A DNA stretch of 54,084 nucleotides. Source: a virus (taxonomy: Duplodnaviria; Caudoviricetes). Shown here piece after piece: positions 10,093-19,818 of this stretch. Under the pieces are notes generated by a model. The model saw only the letters and a list, made by a program, of their open reading frames with translations. It was not told the DNA's origin and did no database searches. The position numbers were made by a program, and so were the translations under genes. Numbering within the stretch: position 1 is the first letter of the stretch; each line of letters starts with the position of its first letter. The stretch lies in IMG/VR virus record IMGVR_UViG_3300048686_000814, positions 1-54,084 of that record, one strand, 5' to 3'.

Positions 10093-11849
10093 TGTATACT
10101 ATTGCTAAATCTATAATCTTTAGTTTATTATATTTATATACATCATTAGTTTATAGCCAAACCAGTTATACTGGTAATTTAGTTGATAATAATTGGAGTA
10201 ATGGATATCCTGTGTCTACACTAACATGCTGGCAAGCAGGTGATCCTAATTGTAGTCCGGGAACACCATATATAAGACCTGATGGTAACATAAATTTTAG
10301 TTATAATGCGACAGAATTGTATCAAGCACGAGCAATAGCAGATGTGCTACCAAATTCAGGTACAGGCTTAATTGCTACAGGATTCCAATTTAATTGGCGT
10401 AGTAAAAACGGAAATGGTTGGGACAATGGTGCTTTAGATACTCTGCAGGCCTATGTTCAAATGTACAGCAAGGGTGGCCAATGGATAGAAGCACAAACTT
10501 ATAACCTAAATTTTATACACGATTGGACTGACTTTTCATGGTCAGGAAACTTTACCAAGGAGCGCAGAGGCAGTGATCTAGGCACTATACTCTACGGTTT
10601 CTATGGTAGAGACAACAATTATTGGGTAGGACCATATGGGCCAGAGATTACTAATGTAAGTTTTAGCTTACGCTATCAACCTGATCCTTGTGTAGTAAAT
10701 CCACTACATAGTACAGAATGTCCTGGATTTTTAACAGCAATTAATAAACCCATACCTGGCCTAGCAGAAGCCAGTGCTAGTTATAGCCTAACAACTACCC
10801 AATCAAGTTCAATAATACCATCACCTAGCGTCAGTACTGCTATGAGTGTGATTAAATTAAACGCTCAACGCGACTTGGCCGCGGCAGAAACTGCTATTGA
10901 ACAAAATACTAACACAGAAAAAACAAGCAACCAAACCGCTTTGGCTATTGCTATGCCTACACAAAACTTGGCAACATCTGCTACTAAGTCTACGAATCGC
11001 GGCCAAGACACACAAACAATAGGACAAGAACAAGAACAATCATCGGGTTTACCAACAACCGCAGCAGTCTCAGTCAGCGTACCAATCCAATTACCACAAA
11101 TGTCAAGACCGGTGCAAAGAGCAGACTCTCAAACAAGGTCAGACTCTGCGGTAGAGATTGTATCATTAGATCAATTGCTGGCACCACCACAGATAAATCA
11201 ACAGTTGGTTACAACCACAGCAGTATCATTGCCTCCCACACCCGCTCGCACCAGTTCTACTAGCCAAACACAAGATATTGATACCAGTGCCGCAGTACAA
11301 GTAGCCATAATTAGAATGCCAGAACCAACGCAGGTTCAAATAGATCAAAGTCAGTCAACATTGCCAGAGCGTCCCATACAAGAGAATAGTACTATTGCTA
11401 TGCCCGCAGTAATACAACCTGCAATGGCCGCAGCAGTTGTGCCAGAACCACCGCAGGCTGAATCCCCTAGACCACCGCAAGTGGAAACTGCCACAGTAGA
11501 TGCACCCACTAATATCATCGCTACAGCCCTAATAGATCGTACCAATCCACTTAATGACATGTTAAACGGGCAACAGCAGATGACACAATCTGGTCCGGTA
11601 TTTGCGGGTCCAGCAGTCAAATCAAACACAGCAGACAATGACTTGGCAGGCGGAGTCAGTATCAGTCAAATTGCTCGTGTGCCAGCAGGATTTGATGTCT
11701 ACACAAATTTAGCTATAAGAGAAATAGCCTTTTATCAACCAAAGGAAATCTATCGTGGTCAACGCACTGTAGACAATGTTCGAGCCTTGCGTAGCCTAGG
11801 ACAAGACGCAAAACACCAAGAAATAATAGACCAACAATATAGGAGGTAA
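10092..11849 (+). CDS. Secreted protein with Trp/Gly-rich beta domain and P/Q/T-rich linker
   Basis: Signal peptide; DPCVVNPLHSTECPGF motif; C-terminal FYQPKEIY..VDNVRALR..HQEIIDQQY. TAATG overlap with the upstream gene. Confidence 0.75.
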   Translation: MYTIAKSIIFSLLYLYTSLVYSQTSYTGNLVDNNWSNGYPVSTLTCWQAGDPNCSPGTPYIRPDGNINFSYNATELYQARAIADVLPNSGTGLIATGFQFNWRSKNGNGWDNGALDTLQAYVQMYSKGGQWIEAQTYNLNFIHDWTDFSWSGNFTKERRGSDLGTILYGFYGRDNNYWVGPYGPEITNVSFSLRYQPDPCVVNPLHSTECPGFLTAINKPIPGLAEASASYSLTTTQSSSIIPSPSVSTAMSVIKLNAQRDLAAAETAIEQNTNTEKTSNQTALAIAMPTQNLATSATKSTNRGQDTQTIGQEQEQSSGLPTTAAVSVSVPIQLPQMSRPVQRADSQTRSDSAVEIVSLDQLLAPPQINQQLVTTTAVSLPPTPARTSSTSQTQDIDTSAAVQVAIIRMPEPTQVQIDQSQSTLPERPIQENSTIAMPAVIQPAMAAAVVPEPPQAESPRPPQVETATVDAPTNIIATALIDRTNPLNDMLNGQQQMTQSGPVFAGPAVKSNTADNDLAGGVSISQIARVPAGFDVYTNLAIREIAFYQPKEIYRGQRTVDNVRALRSLGQDAKHQEIIDQQYRR

Positions 11850-11850
11850 T

Positions 11851-11955
11851 ATGGAAATAGGTAATACAAATTATACAGCATTACTACATGTCATATTATT
11901 TATATTTAGTTTATGGATTCTAGCAACTTCAATTAGAGGAAGCAAAGATGAGTGA
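11851..11955 (+). CDS. Small single-TM peptide (34 aa), absent from the ORF track
   Basis: MEIGNTNYTALLHVILFIFSLWILATSIRGSKDE with an AGGAGG SD; fills the intergenic gap. Confidence 0.5.
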   Translation: MEIGNTNYTALLHVILFIFSLWILATSIRGSKDE

Positions 11956-12601
11956 GGAAAAAGTAAACTTAGATAAAAAAGTTGATGAACTTGAAGCCGC
12001 AGCTAAAAAGTATGCTAGTAAAGATACTGTTATTAGCATAGGTGGATACGATTTTACTCCTGCTAAATTAATGGTTGCTGCTACTATATTAAGTAGTGTA
12101 CTTGGTGCATTATACGGTGCTTTTGAAGTCTATAAAGATTATATAGGTATGAAGAAAAAGATTGCAGAATATGTTAGTCCTGATTTTAGCGAGTTTGATA
12201 AAAGATTGGCAGTTATCGAAGAAAACTCTACTAAAACTGCTCAGGCTGTGCAGGAAGGTAGTGATAAAACTGCTGAGTATACTCGTGATATTAAAAACGA
12301 CTTAAAGAGTGATATACGACGGCTAGAAAAAGTAGTAGAAGAAGTAGAGCGTAATAATAAACAAATTAGTCGTGATGTAGATAAAGCAATTGCAGAAGCT
12401 AAAACTGAAATACGAGCAGCCCAAAAACAAGTTGATACTGCTAGTACGCAGTTAAATAAAGATGTTAGTTTGGCAGTTAGAAATACTGAGCAACAACTTC
12501 GTGCTCAAGATAGAGAAGTAGATCAAAAATTAAAAGCCTTAGAGAGAAAAATAGCAGATGATCTTAAAAAGGCACTTGATAATCCACTAGCTAATAAGTA
12601 G
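11948..12601 (+). CDS. Membrane-anchored coiled-coil protein
   Basis: One TM segment, long heptad-rich helix, C-terminal KALDNPLAN. Confidence 0.75.
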   Translation: MSEEKVNLDKKVDELEAAAKKYASKDTVISIGGYDFTPAKLMVAATILSSVLGALYGAFEVYKDYIGMKKKIAEYVSPDFSEFDKRLAVIEENSTKTAQAVQEGSDKTAEYTRDIKNDLKSDIRRLEKVVEEVERNNKQISRDVDKAIAEAKTEIRAAQKQVDTASTQLNKDVSLAVRNTEQQLRAQDREVDQKLKALERKIADDLKKALDNPLANK

Positions 12602-12610
12602 AGGCAGTTT

Positions 12611-13138
12611 ATGACAGAAAAAACAGAAATCAAACCATTAACACGTAGCGAAAAAGAAGCTAAAATTAAGGATAAGGCAGGGTTTGTTATTGTGTTTCTT
12701 GCCGCATTATTAGCCATTAATACAATGATCGGTGGAAGTAATAGTAGCAAAATACAAAATAATACTATACAGGCTAACAACATGTGGGCTTGGTATCAAG
12801 CAAAAAATGTACGTGGTGTACTATATGAGATTAATGCCCTAGAAACTAATAAGCCGGAAAATAAGGATAAATTTCTTGCCGAAGCTAAACGTATGAGCGA
12901 TGATAAGAAAGATATTATGGAAAAGGCTAAGCTATTAGAAGCTGAACGCGATGAAGCTAAAAAACGCAGTCCCTGGTTTACTTGGGGCGGTAGCATATTA
13001 CAAATTAGTATTGTACTGTTAACGGCAAGTATTTTAGCAGCTAGTATGCCAATGTTTTACGTAAGCACTGTTGTTGGACTTGCCGGAGCATTTATAGTAA
13101 GTCAAGCACTATGGATGTGGTTGCCGTGGTTAGGGTAG
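12611..13138 (+). CDS. DUF4337-like membrane protein
   Basis: TM helix, WAWYQAK motif, helical linker, and two C-terminal TMs (LQISIVL). Confidence 0.7.
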   Translation: MTEKTEIKPLTRSEKEAKIKDKAGFVIVFLAALLAINTMIGGSNSSKIQNNTIQANNMWAWYQAKNVRGVLYEINALETNKPENKDKFLAEAKRMSDDKKDIMEKAKLLEAERDEAKKRSPWFTWGGSILQISIVLLTASILAASMPMFYVSTVVGLAGAFIVSQALWMWLPWLG

Positions 13139-13347
13139 TATTATTATCGCTGCTATTAGCTAGTTGTAGTGATATGTATAGGTACCCCTGTCAAAATCCA
13201 GATAATTGGGAGCATAAGGTATGTAAAAAACCTTATTGCAGTGCTAACGGCACTTGCCCAGAAGATTTAACTCCATATGAAAAAGATCGTGTAACTAGTA
13301 AAACAACTACTACACCAGCACAAGCAGCAGTAAAGGATTGTAAATGA
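13111..13347 (+). CDS. Small Cys-rich lipoprotein
   Basis: Lipobox LLASC, then YRYPCQNPDNW..C..P.C...GTCP. Confidence 0.7.
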   Translation: MDVVAVVRVVLLSLLLASCSDMYRYPCQNPDNWEHKVCKKPYCSANGTCPEDLTPYEKDRVTSKTTTTPAQAAVKDCK

Positions 13348-13796
13348 TTAAAGATTTTTTCGTAGGGCCACGCTATACTGAAGAAGAGTTAATGGCTAGG
13401 CTCAAATTTTTTATAGGTATGGTACTAGCACTAACATTATTTGGTATCGTATTTGTAGTTCTTTACAGTTTAATATTCGTAACACAACCAATGAACGGTA
13501 TTAGTCCTGTAGATAATAAGTTTTTTGAATTAATTATTCCTATTGCTACATTTTTAACAGGTACACTTAGTGGTATTATGTTAGCCAGTGGTGACAAGGA
13601 AGCCCAAAAAGCAGCCCTACAAGCTGCAAACAAAGGTTGGGATAAGCCACCAGGCCCACCACCTATGTCTCCTGCTACAGTTACCCTAGGTAATAATGGC
13701 AGTATAAACATAGCACCATCATCTGGTGGTAATCAAGTAACTGTTGGGTTTGGCGGTAAAGCCGCCCCACCTCAACCAGTATTTCCAGAACTATAA
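13344..13796 (+). CDS. Two-TM membrane protein with Pro-rich tail
   Basis: Two hydrophobic helices; ATGA overlap with the lipoprotein gene. Confidence 0.75.
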   Translation: MIKDFFVGPRYTEEELMARLKFFIGMVLALTLFGIVFVVLYSLIFVTQPMNGISPVDNKFFELIIPIATFLTGTLSGIMLASGDKEAQKAALQAANKGWDKPPGPPPMSPATVTLGNNGSINIAPSSGGNQVTVGFGGKAAPPQPVFPEL

Positions 13797-13808
13797 TAGG
13801 AAATTTAT

Positions 13809-14096
13809 ATGACTAAAATTTTATTAGCATTTATGGCTTCTGCATTATTATTGCAACCAGCAATTGCTGCTGATCCACCAAAAAAAGAGGAAAAAGCACC
13901 TGCTAAAGTAGAAGCTAAAAAAGATGAGCCAGCAAAGAAAGAAGAAAAGGCTCCTGCTAAGAAAGAAAAAGCTTGTATTGATAAAGTAAAAGATGGCAAA
14001 CCTGTAATTGGTAAAGATGGAAAACCAGAGCAAGTTTGTAAAGAAGTTAAGGTTCATGAAAAGTTAGATGGGCACAAAGTACCAGATAAAAAATAA
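13809..14096 (+). CDS. Secreted Lys/Glu-rich small protein
   Basis: Signal peptide ending PAIA, two KKEEKAPAK repeats, and a Cys pair. Confidence 0.7.
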   Translation: MTKILLAFMASALLLQPAIAADPPKKEEKAPAKVEAKKDEPAKKEEKAPAKKEKACIDKVKDGKPVIGKDGKPEQVCKEVKVHEKLDGHKVPDKK

Positions 14097-14120
14097 TAAA
14101 CCTTAACAAGGAAACTTTTC

Positions 14121-14804
14121 ATGGCCAAAAGCAGTGCTAAAAAATTACGCAGTGTACAACGAGATAATGTTGTTCCCCTGGAAATAGGTTTTGAAAATGT
14201 AAAACCACTTAATTATATTCAAGAAGAATATTTAAAGGCTATACATGAAAATAGTATAATTTTTGGTATAGGTAGTGCAGGCACTGGTAAAACCTATATT
14301 GCAGCAACATATGCGGCTGGTGAGTTATTTCACCGCCGTATAAAAAAGATTATACTAACTAGACCAAATATAGAAACAGGCCGAGGATTAGGATTTTTGC
14401 CTGGTACTCTAGAAGAAAAGTATGCTCCCTATCTTGAACCTTTTGACCAAATTTTTTCAAATAGTTTAGGACGCGGATTTTACGAATATGCACTAAATAA
14501 AAAACAAATAGAACCTAAACCGCTGGGATTTATGCGTGGACTAACATTTGATGATTGTATAGTTTTACTTGACGAAGCACAAAATGCAACTAGAGATGAA
14601 ATGAAAATGATCTTGTCACGCATAGGTAAAAACTGTAAAATAATAATTAGCGGAGATCACGATCAAAGTGATATTAGTAACAGTGGGCTATTAGATGCTA
14701 CAAATAGATTAGAGCATATAGAAGGTATCGAAGTTGTTAGATTTCGTGACGAAGATATTGTACGTAGCAAATTATGTAAACAAATAATTTTAGCATATAA
14801 ATAG
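14121..14804 (+). CDS. phoH: PhoH-like ATPase
   Basis: GSAGTGKT, LGFLPG, FMRGLTF, LDEAQN, GD.DQ.D and DIVRS motifs. Confidence 0.95.
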   Translation: MAKSSAKKLRSVQRDNVVPLEIGFENVKPLNYIQEEYLKAIHENSIIFGIGSAGTGKTYIAATYAAGELFHRRIKKIILTRPNIETGRGLGFLPGTLEEKYAPYLEPFDQIFSNSLGRGFYEYALNKKQIEPKPLGFMRGLTFDDCIVLLDEAQNATRDEMKMILSRIGKNCKIIISGDHDQSDISNSGLLDATNRLEHIEGIEVVRFRDEDIVRSKLCKQIILAYK

Positions 14805-14815
14805 GAGCACTAGCT

Positions 14816-15004
14816 ATGGAAACTGTTACAGACGCTGTAGGTAAACTTTGGTTTTTAGGTGCTGGAATAGTTGCCATAGCTGCCTACGCTGTTACTATTA
14901 AAGTAAGATTAGACTACTTAGAAAAAAACTATGATCGTCAAATTACTGCACTTTGGGATCAGGTTAATAAATTAGTAAAAGACGTAAGAAACAATGGAAA
15001 CTAA
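14816..15004 (+). CDS. Small single-TM protein (holin-like?)
   Basis: One TM helix plus a short coil; SD ggag; overlaps the cyclase start. Confidence 0.6.
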   Translation: METVTDAVGKLWFLGAGIVAIAAYAVTIKVRLDYLEKNYDRQITALWDQVNKLVKDVRNNGN

Positions 15005-16217
15005 ATTAGCTACTATTATATGCAGCGATGTTATAGGCTATAGTTCGTTAATGCAAAAAGACGAACAAGGTACACTAGCTAAGTTAGATGTTTGCAGAGC
15101 CATAATTGATAAGCTAATTTTAGAATACAGAGGAAGATTGTTTAATACAGGCGGAGATAGTGTACTTATTGAATTTGCTAGTGCAGTAGATGCCGTTCGG
15201 TTTGGCGTTGCAATGCAGACACAAATGCATAAGTTGAATAATGGACTACGTTGGCGTGTAGGCATGCATGTAGGTGAAGTATGGATATATGGCACTAACC
15301 TAATGGGCGATGCCGTTAACTTAGCGGCTCGTACAGAAAGTCTAGCTGATCTTGGTGGTGTTACTATGACTGATAGCGTGTATAGACTAGTTAATGCAAA
15401 AATAAAAGACCTTAAATTTACTAGTCGTGGCCAGCAAGCGTTTAAAAATGTAGAGCCTATGGAGATCTGGAGTGTAGGTATACCAGGTAGTGAACCTAAT
15501 CCGCACTTAAATAAGCAAACAGTTAAGCCAACTAAAACTAAAAGTCATACCGAATTAGTAAATGCTATATTAAACGATCAAGCTGCTCGCAATCGTACAT
15601 TAAACGATGCAATTGCGTTTAAACACGATCAAAAGTATAACGCAGCAACAAGAATATTAATGTGGAGAAGTATTAAAAATGATCCGCAGGCAGTAGATGA
15701 ACTAATAAATATGCTGCAAAAGAAAATTGTTCCCGATGACCTACAACCTTATGTTTATGCCGTATTTAGAGAAATATATACAAAATTAACTAGTGAAACA
15801 GCATTAAAAATTGTTGAATTAGTAAAAGACACAAGTCATAGCTTAGCTATGCAAGTATTACGACATGCTGCTAGGGTTAATGAACAAGCAAATCAACAAT
15901 TAGCGAATATGGTATTTAATGATCCACACAGTAGTCAGTCAGATATTGAAAACTTACTTGGCGATTTAAAAGAGTCGGCGTCAAAACGTAATATTAGTAG
16001 TATGCTTAATTTGGGTAAATACTATTTACAAATACAAGATAAAAAAAGTGCTTTTCGCTGGCTGTACGCTGCTAGAGCAGAGCGAAATACAGAAGCCCAA
16101 AATTTATTAGAGCAATTAATAAAAACGATAAGTAAAAGTGATTTCAATAATTTCAAAACTGATGCAGATGCACTGGTAGACGAAATTAAATTTATAGATG
16201 ATAATCGCATGAGATAA
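14994..16217 (+). CDS. Class III adenylate/guanylate cyclase-family protein with helical Sel1-like C-terminus
   Basis: IICSDVIGYS, GRLFNTGGDS, RVGMHVGEV, GDAVNLAAR, FKN; C-terminal NLGKYY..AFRW..A. Confidence 0.88.
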   Translation: METKLATIICSDVIGYSSLMQKDEQGTLAKLDVCRAIIDKLILEYRGRLFNTGGDSVLIEFASAVDAVRFGVAMQTQMHKLNNGLRWRVGMHVGEVWIYGTNLMGDAVNLAARTESLADLGGVTMTDSVYRLVNAKIKDLKFTSRGQQAFKNVEPMEIWSVGIPGSEPNPHLNKQTVKPTKTKSHTELVNAILNDQAARNRTLNDAIAFKHDQKYNAATRILMWRSIKNDPQAVDELINMLQKKIVPDDLQPYVYAVFREIYTKLTSETALKIVELVKDTSHSLAMQVLRHAARVNEQANQQLANMVFNDPHSSQSDIENLLGDLKESASKRNISSMLNLGKYYLQIQDKKSAFRWLYAARAERNTEAQNLLEQLIKTISKSDFNNFKTDADALVDEIKFIDDNRMR

Positions 16218-16228
16218 TAGGAGTTATC

Positions 16229-16873
16229 ATGGCTAAAACGTATAAACCAACAAGCGGCATGGCCAGTGCCGCCAAAAGAGCACTAAAGTGGAAACAAGAA
16301 GGTAAAGCCGGTGGCACACTTGTTGGCTTAGCTAGAGCTAATCAATTAAAGGATCGAGATCCACTATCGGCAAGTGTAGTGTTACGCATGTACAGCTTTT
16401 TTAGCCGTCATGAAGTAGATAAGAAAGCTACAGGTTTTTACAGTGGACAAGAAGGCTTTCCTAGTAAAGGTAGAGTAGCTTGGGATTTGTGGGGCGGTGA
16501 TGGTGGATATAGTTGGAGTAGTGCTAAGCGTAATCAAATTATGCGTGAGCGTGAAGGAAAAGCACTTCAACTGGTACGCATAGCACAAAAAGGCATGATT
16601 AGTAAACCACTGCGTATGATGGCAGCACAGGTAATTGAAAATTATGCTAATAGTAATATCAGTGAAGACTTAGAGGCTTTTGGTCAATTTATGTACCATG
16701 CAGAATTATTACGTAATGATCACTTAGATATTTATCTCCTAGATCTACACCGTGTAGATCAACCTTATCGTGATATACTCGTAGAAGTATTTAGTCAACT
16801 AGATGACATGCACGATGGTGATAATAGTATAGATGACGAAGATAGTGATGATGACACACCTCTAAGTTTATAA
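16229..16873 (+). CDS. Hypothetical protein with a conserved phage N-terminal domain
   Basis: GGTLVGLARANQL..RMYSFFSRHE..GRVAWDLWGGDGG motif, familiar from head-morphogenesis-associated phage proteins; acidic tail. Confidence 0.65.
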   Translation: MAKTYKPTSGMASAAKRALKWKQEGKAGGTLVGLARANQLKDRDPLSASVVLRMYSFFSRHEVDKKATGFYSGQEGFPSKGRVAWDLWGGDGGYSWSSAKRNQIMREREGKALQLVRIAQKGMISKPLRMMAAQVIENYANSNISEDLEAFGQFMYHAELLRNDHLDIYLLDLHRVDQPYRDILVEVFSQLDDMHDGDNSIDDEDSDDDTPLSL

Positions 16874-17172
16874 TGCGAGTTAGACTGCCGCCCAAAAATA
16901 TGAATCAAGGCATATATTGGGTATCTACTTATCTTAAATATAATCTTGATAAGCCGCCTAAAGTGGCGAAACCAACAAAGCAAGAAGAATATAGACAAGT
17001 ATTACACAGTATCCTAAAAGAATATACACTAGACTTAGAAGATTATCCAGAAGATTTTCAAGAACATATAGTTGAAATACACAGAGTTTTAGGTCTAAAA
17101 TCAATAACTAAAAAACATATGCAAAAAATAGTTGATACTATTGATGTTTTAGTTGAAAAATATAAACAATAA
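16873..17172 (+). CDS. Hypothetical protein
   Basis: 99 aa; TAATG coupling; last gene of the + strand block. Confidence 0.6.
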   Translation: MRVRLPPKNMNQGIYWVSTYLKYNLDKPPKVAKPTKQEEYRQVLHSILKEYTLDLEDYPEDFQEHIVEIHRVLGLKSITKKHMQKIVDTIDVLVEKYKQ

Positions 17173-17189
17173 ATAAGCGGGCTTTTTTA

Positions 17190-17375
17190 TTATTTTACTA
17201 CTTCTAATCTCTTTTCATCTTCTAAGTTTAGTTGTGGTCTAGCTTGCTCTTGTAACTTTTGAGTAAGTGGATTTGATATTTTTGCTGGCAATTCTTGTAA
17301 TCCGGCAATAATAATATTAGCTTCTTCGTATGTTACTGTAAATGTTAATTCTACGTTGTTCATTTTATTGGACAT
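17190..17375 (-). CDS. Hypothetical protein
   Basis: 61 aa; overlaps the end of the RNR gene. Confidence 0.6.
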   Translation of the reverse strand: MSNKMNNVELTFTVTYEEANIIIAGLQELPAKISNPLTQKLQEQARPQLNLEDEKRLEVVK

Positions 17376-19324
17376 GCTCCTGTACTACAGTCATCACCAA
17401 CAATTTCATCAAAACTGTTAGCACCTTCTAAATTTACTGGTTTTAAATTATAAACATAGTCTTTGTAAGTTTGCTCATCTACGACTTCTTGAGGAAGATA
17501 TAGATAACCTAAATCTTGAGCGGTTTTAGTAGGATCAGTTCTATAGATAAAACTTACGCCCACATAACAATCCCAGTTATTGAGTAACCAATCAATAATT
17601 TCATTAACCTCACCAGCATCATAACTAATTGTTACTGATGTATTTTGCTGTGTCCAACTAGTTTGTAGCAATTTATATCGCTCAAGTTGATGTACAGCGC
17701 TTTCAAGATTAACTTCTTTTCCTGACTCTTTATGAAAAGGCACGTCTTTCCACTCTACGGGAAATGTTACTAGTACTCCTGTAGGATCCGTAGGATGATT
17801 CATTACTTTATAGCCTGCTTCACGCATTAGAGGAATAACAGGATCATAAGTACTAAACTGCACGTTGTTGAAAATGTACTTGCCTAGTGGCTTGTGTACA
17901 CCTTCAGTACAATCCATGATCTTTGACAGCGTGCCCGATGGCTTAACACAAGTAACATTTTTAGGACGTGGTAAGCCTAATTCATCTGCCATGCTAATAG
18001 CTGCACTAGTTGCTGTCCGCTTAAGATATTCATAGTCATAACTATTCATATCAGGACGCATTGCAATACCTGTTAAACCGACCCCACAGAGACGTAGGAA
18101 ATAGTTGTTAAGGTGCCATGCTTCTTGTAAGATCCCGTCTTTAAGATTAACACAGGTCTGACGATAATTTGCCCTGGCAGCCAATCTGATCGCATCGTGT
18201 AATCCAGCGGTGTCACCTTTAAACTTGGAGATGTCCGTTTCTGTAAGGTTACAGAAGGATTTGTTTCCCAATAAGATTTCGACGCATGGATTTGCTCCTT
18301 TATACCACGGAGCACGTCTAAGAGCTTCTTGTTCATTTATAAATCCTGGCTCGCTGCCACCAGCTTCCTGCATAAGATTAAATATATGCTTTAGTTCCTG
18401 GCGACTGGGTTTTTCCTTAAATACTAAACTATTATTTGACTGCTGACGATGCTCACGACCGTACAACCAAAAATCTTTTTTAGCTATTGCAAATTCTTCC
18501 CACTCCGGTTGACCATAGTCGAAAAGAGCAATTTCAGCCGATCTACGACTGGACAAGATCGTTCCAAGATGATTGACAATATCAAGAATATCCATCCTAG
18601 TGAGAAGAGTATCAGCCCTACCATTAAGTATGTTGGCAATTGCAACATAAGCTTTTGAGATAGCACTGTCACCACTGCTAATCCATCCATATCCTTTTAA
18701 CCTTTCCCCAGCAGGTCTGAGCTGACTAAAATCAAGCACAAGAGTATTAGCAGGATATTTGCCAGCAAGGAGCTTGCCGATAGATTTAGCCCAAGCCTCG
18801 GCACTGTCTCCAACTTGTATTGTCCAAGTTTTTGTGTTTGCATCCCAGGTTTCAACATTGTGTTCAAGTCCGCCTTTAGCTGTTCGTTGGCTTTTAACGA
18901 CTTGAATATTTTTGATAGGTTTTGAGAATCCATTTAGTGTACCTACAATTGGCTTAAATCCTACACCACAACCTTGTAGCAACAACCATAATACATCTAC
19001 TACATCATATACTGTTTCTACCTGTGTAAAACTACAGTTAAATTGGCTGGCCTCACGGGTTTGTGCTACATTTGTACCACCTAACCACAATGTACGGCCA
19101 CTCATTAACACTTTGCGAGCAAGCATAAGTTGCTCTAGTTGATCTAATTCTTCTACTTCATTAAAGTATAGCTGACGCCCTACACTGCGTTCCCATAACC
19201 AGTGTTGATGTTCGCGTACTCGTCTAATTGTTTGTGCCCATGTTTCAAATTGTTTACCATCATCAGTGGTAGGTCTGTTGTATGTTCGTCTGGTAATAAC
19301 TTGTGCTCTTGTACTTACTTGCAT
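17360..19324 (-). CDS. nrdJ: Class II (adenosylcobalamin-dependent) ribonucleotide reductase
   Basis: GRTLWLGG, FNC, GCGVGF, ANPCVEI, FCNL, TCVKPSGT and C-terminal DCSTGACPIK; no beta subunit adjacent. Confidence 0.9.
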   Translation of the reverse strand: MQVSTRAQVITRRTYNRPTTDDGKQFETWAQTIRRVREHQHWLWERSVGRQLYFNEVEELDQLEQLMLARKVLMSGRTLWLGGTNVAQTREASQFNCSFTQVETVYDVVDVLWLLLQGCGVGFKPIVGTLNGFSKPIKNIQVVKSQRTAKGGLEHNVETWDANTKTWTIQVGDSAEAWAKSIGKLLAGKYPANTLVLDFSQLRPAGERLKGYGWISSGDSAISKAYVAIANILNGRADTLLTRMDILDIVNHLGTILSSRRSAEIALFDYGQPEWEEFAIAKKDFWLYGREHRQQSNNSLVFKEKPSRQELKHIFNLMQEAGGSEPGFINEQEALRRAPWYKGANPCVEILLGNKSFCNLTETDISKFKGDTAGLHDAIRLAARANYRQTCVNLKDGILQEAWHLNNYFLRLCGVGLTGIAMRPDMNSYDYEYLKRTATSAAISMADELGLPRPKNVTCVKPSGTLSKIMDCTEGVHKPLGKYIFNNVQFSTYDPVIPLMREAGYKVMNHPTDPTGVLVTFPVEWKDVPFHKESGKEVNLESAVHQLERYKLLQTSWTQQNTSVTISYDAGEVNEIIDWLLNNWDCYVGVSFIYRTDPTKTAQDLGYLYLPQEVVDEQTYKDYVYNLKPVNLEGANSFDEIVGDDCSTGACPIK

Positions 19325-19332
19325 AATTTCTC

Positions 19333-19818
19333 CTATTTTCCTGTGCTACCAAACCCTCCAGTACCACGTTCTGTGTCATTCCAGCTGTCAACAAAATCGC
19401 AAAGTATAACTGGCATGATAACCAATTGAGCAATTCTATCTCCAACCTCTATTGTATATCTATTTTCACTAATATTTTTTAATGCGATTTTTATATTTCC
19501 ACGATAATCACTGTCAATAACGCCTACGCCATTAAGCACAATAATTCCGTTTTTGCCTTGTCCCGATCTGTTAAATACGAACCCGCCGTAGCCCTGTGGA
19601 ATTTTGACCGCTACACCAGTATCTAACAATTTTGTTTCGCCAGGATAGATTTCACATTTTTCAGTGCTGCGTAGGTCTGCTCCTGCATCTGTAGCATTAG
19701 CACGTTTTGGTAGGTATGCTGCGTTATCTACACGACACTCTACTACTTGTTTGACCACTGCATCACGAGCGTGATCATAGCTTTTGTTAATATTAAAAAA
19801 TTGTATACTTTCTTTCAT
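19333..19818 (-). CDS. dut: dUTPase
   Basis: AGADL, RSG, GVIDSDYRG, RIAQL, RGTGGFGSTG. Confidence 0.97.
   Translation of the reverse strand: MKESIQFFNINKSYDHARDAVVKQVVECRVDNAAYLPKRANATDAGADLRSTEKCEIYPGETKLLDTGVAVKIPQGYGGFVFNRSGQGKNGIIVLNGVGVIDSDYRGNIKIALKNISENRYTIEVGDRIAQLVIMPVILCDFVDSWNDTERGTGGFGSTGK

Noticed and set aside
17173-17190. Terminator at the convergent strand junction (aagcgggctttttt)
   Set aside because: The stem is only ~4 bp with a 2-nt loop; too weak to call.
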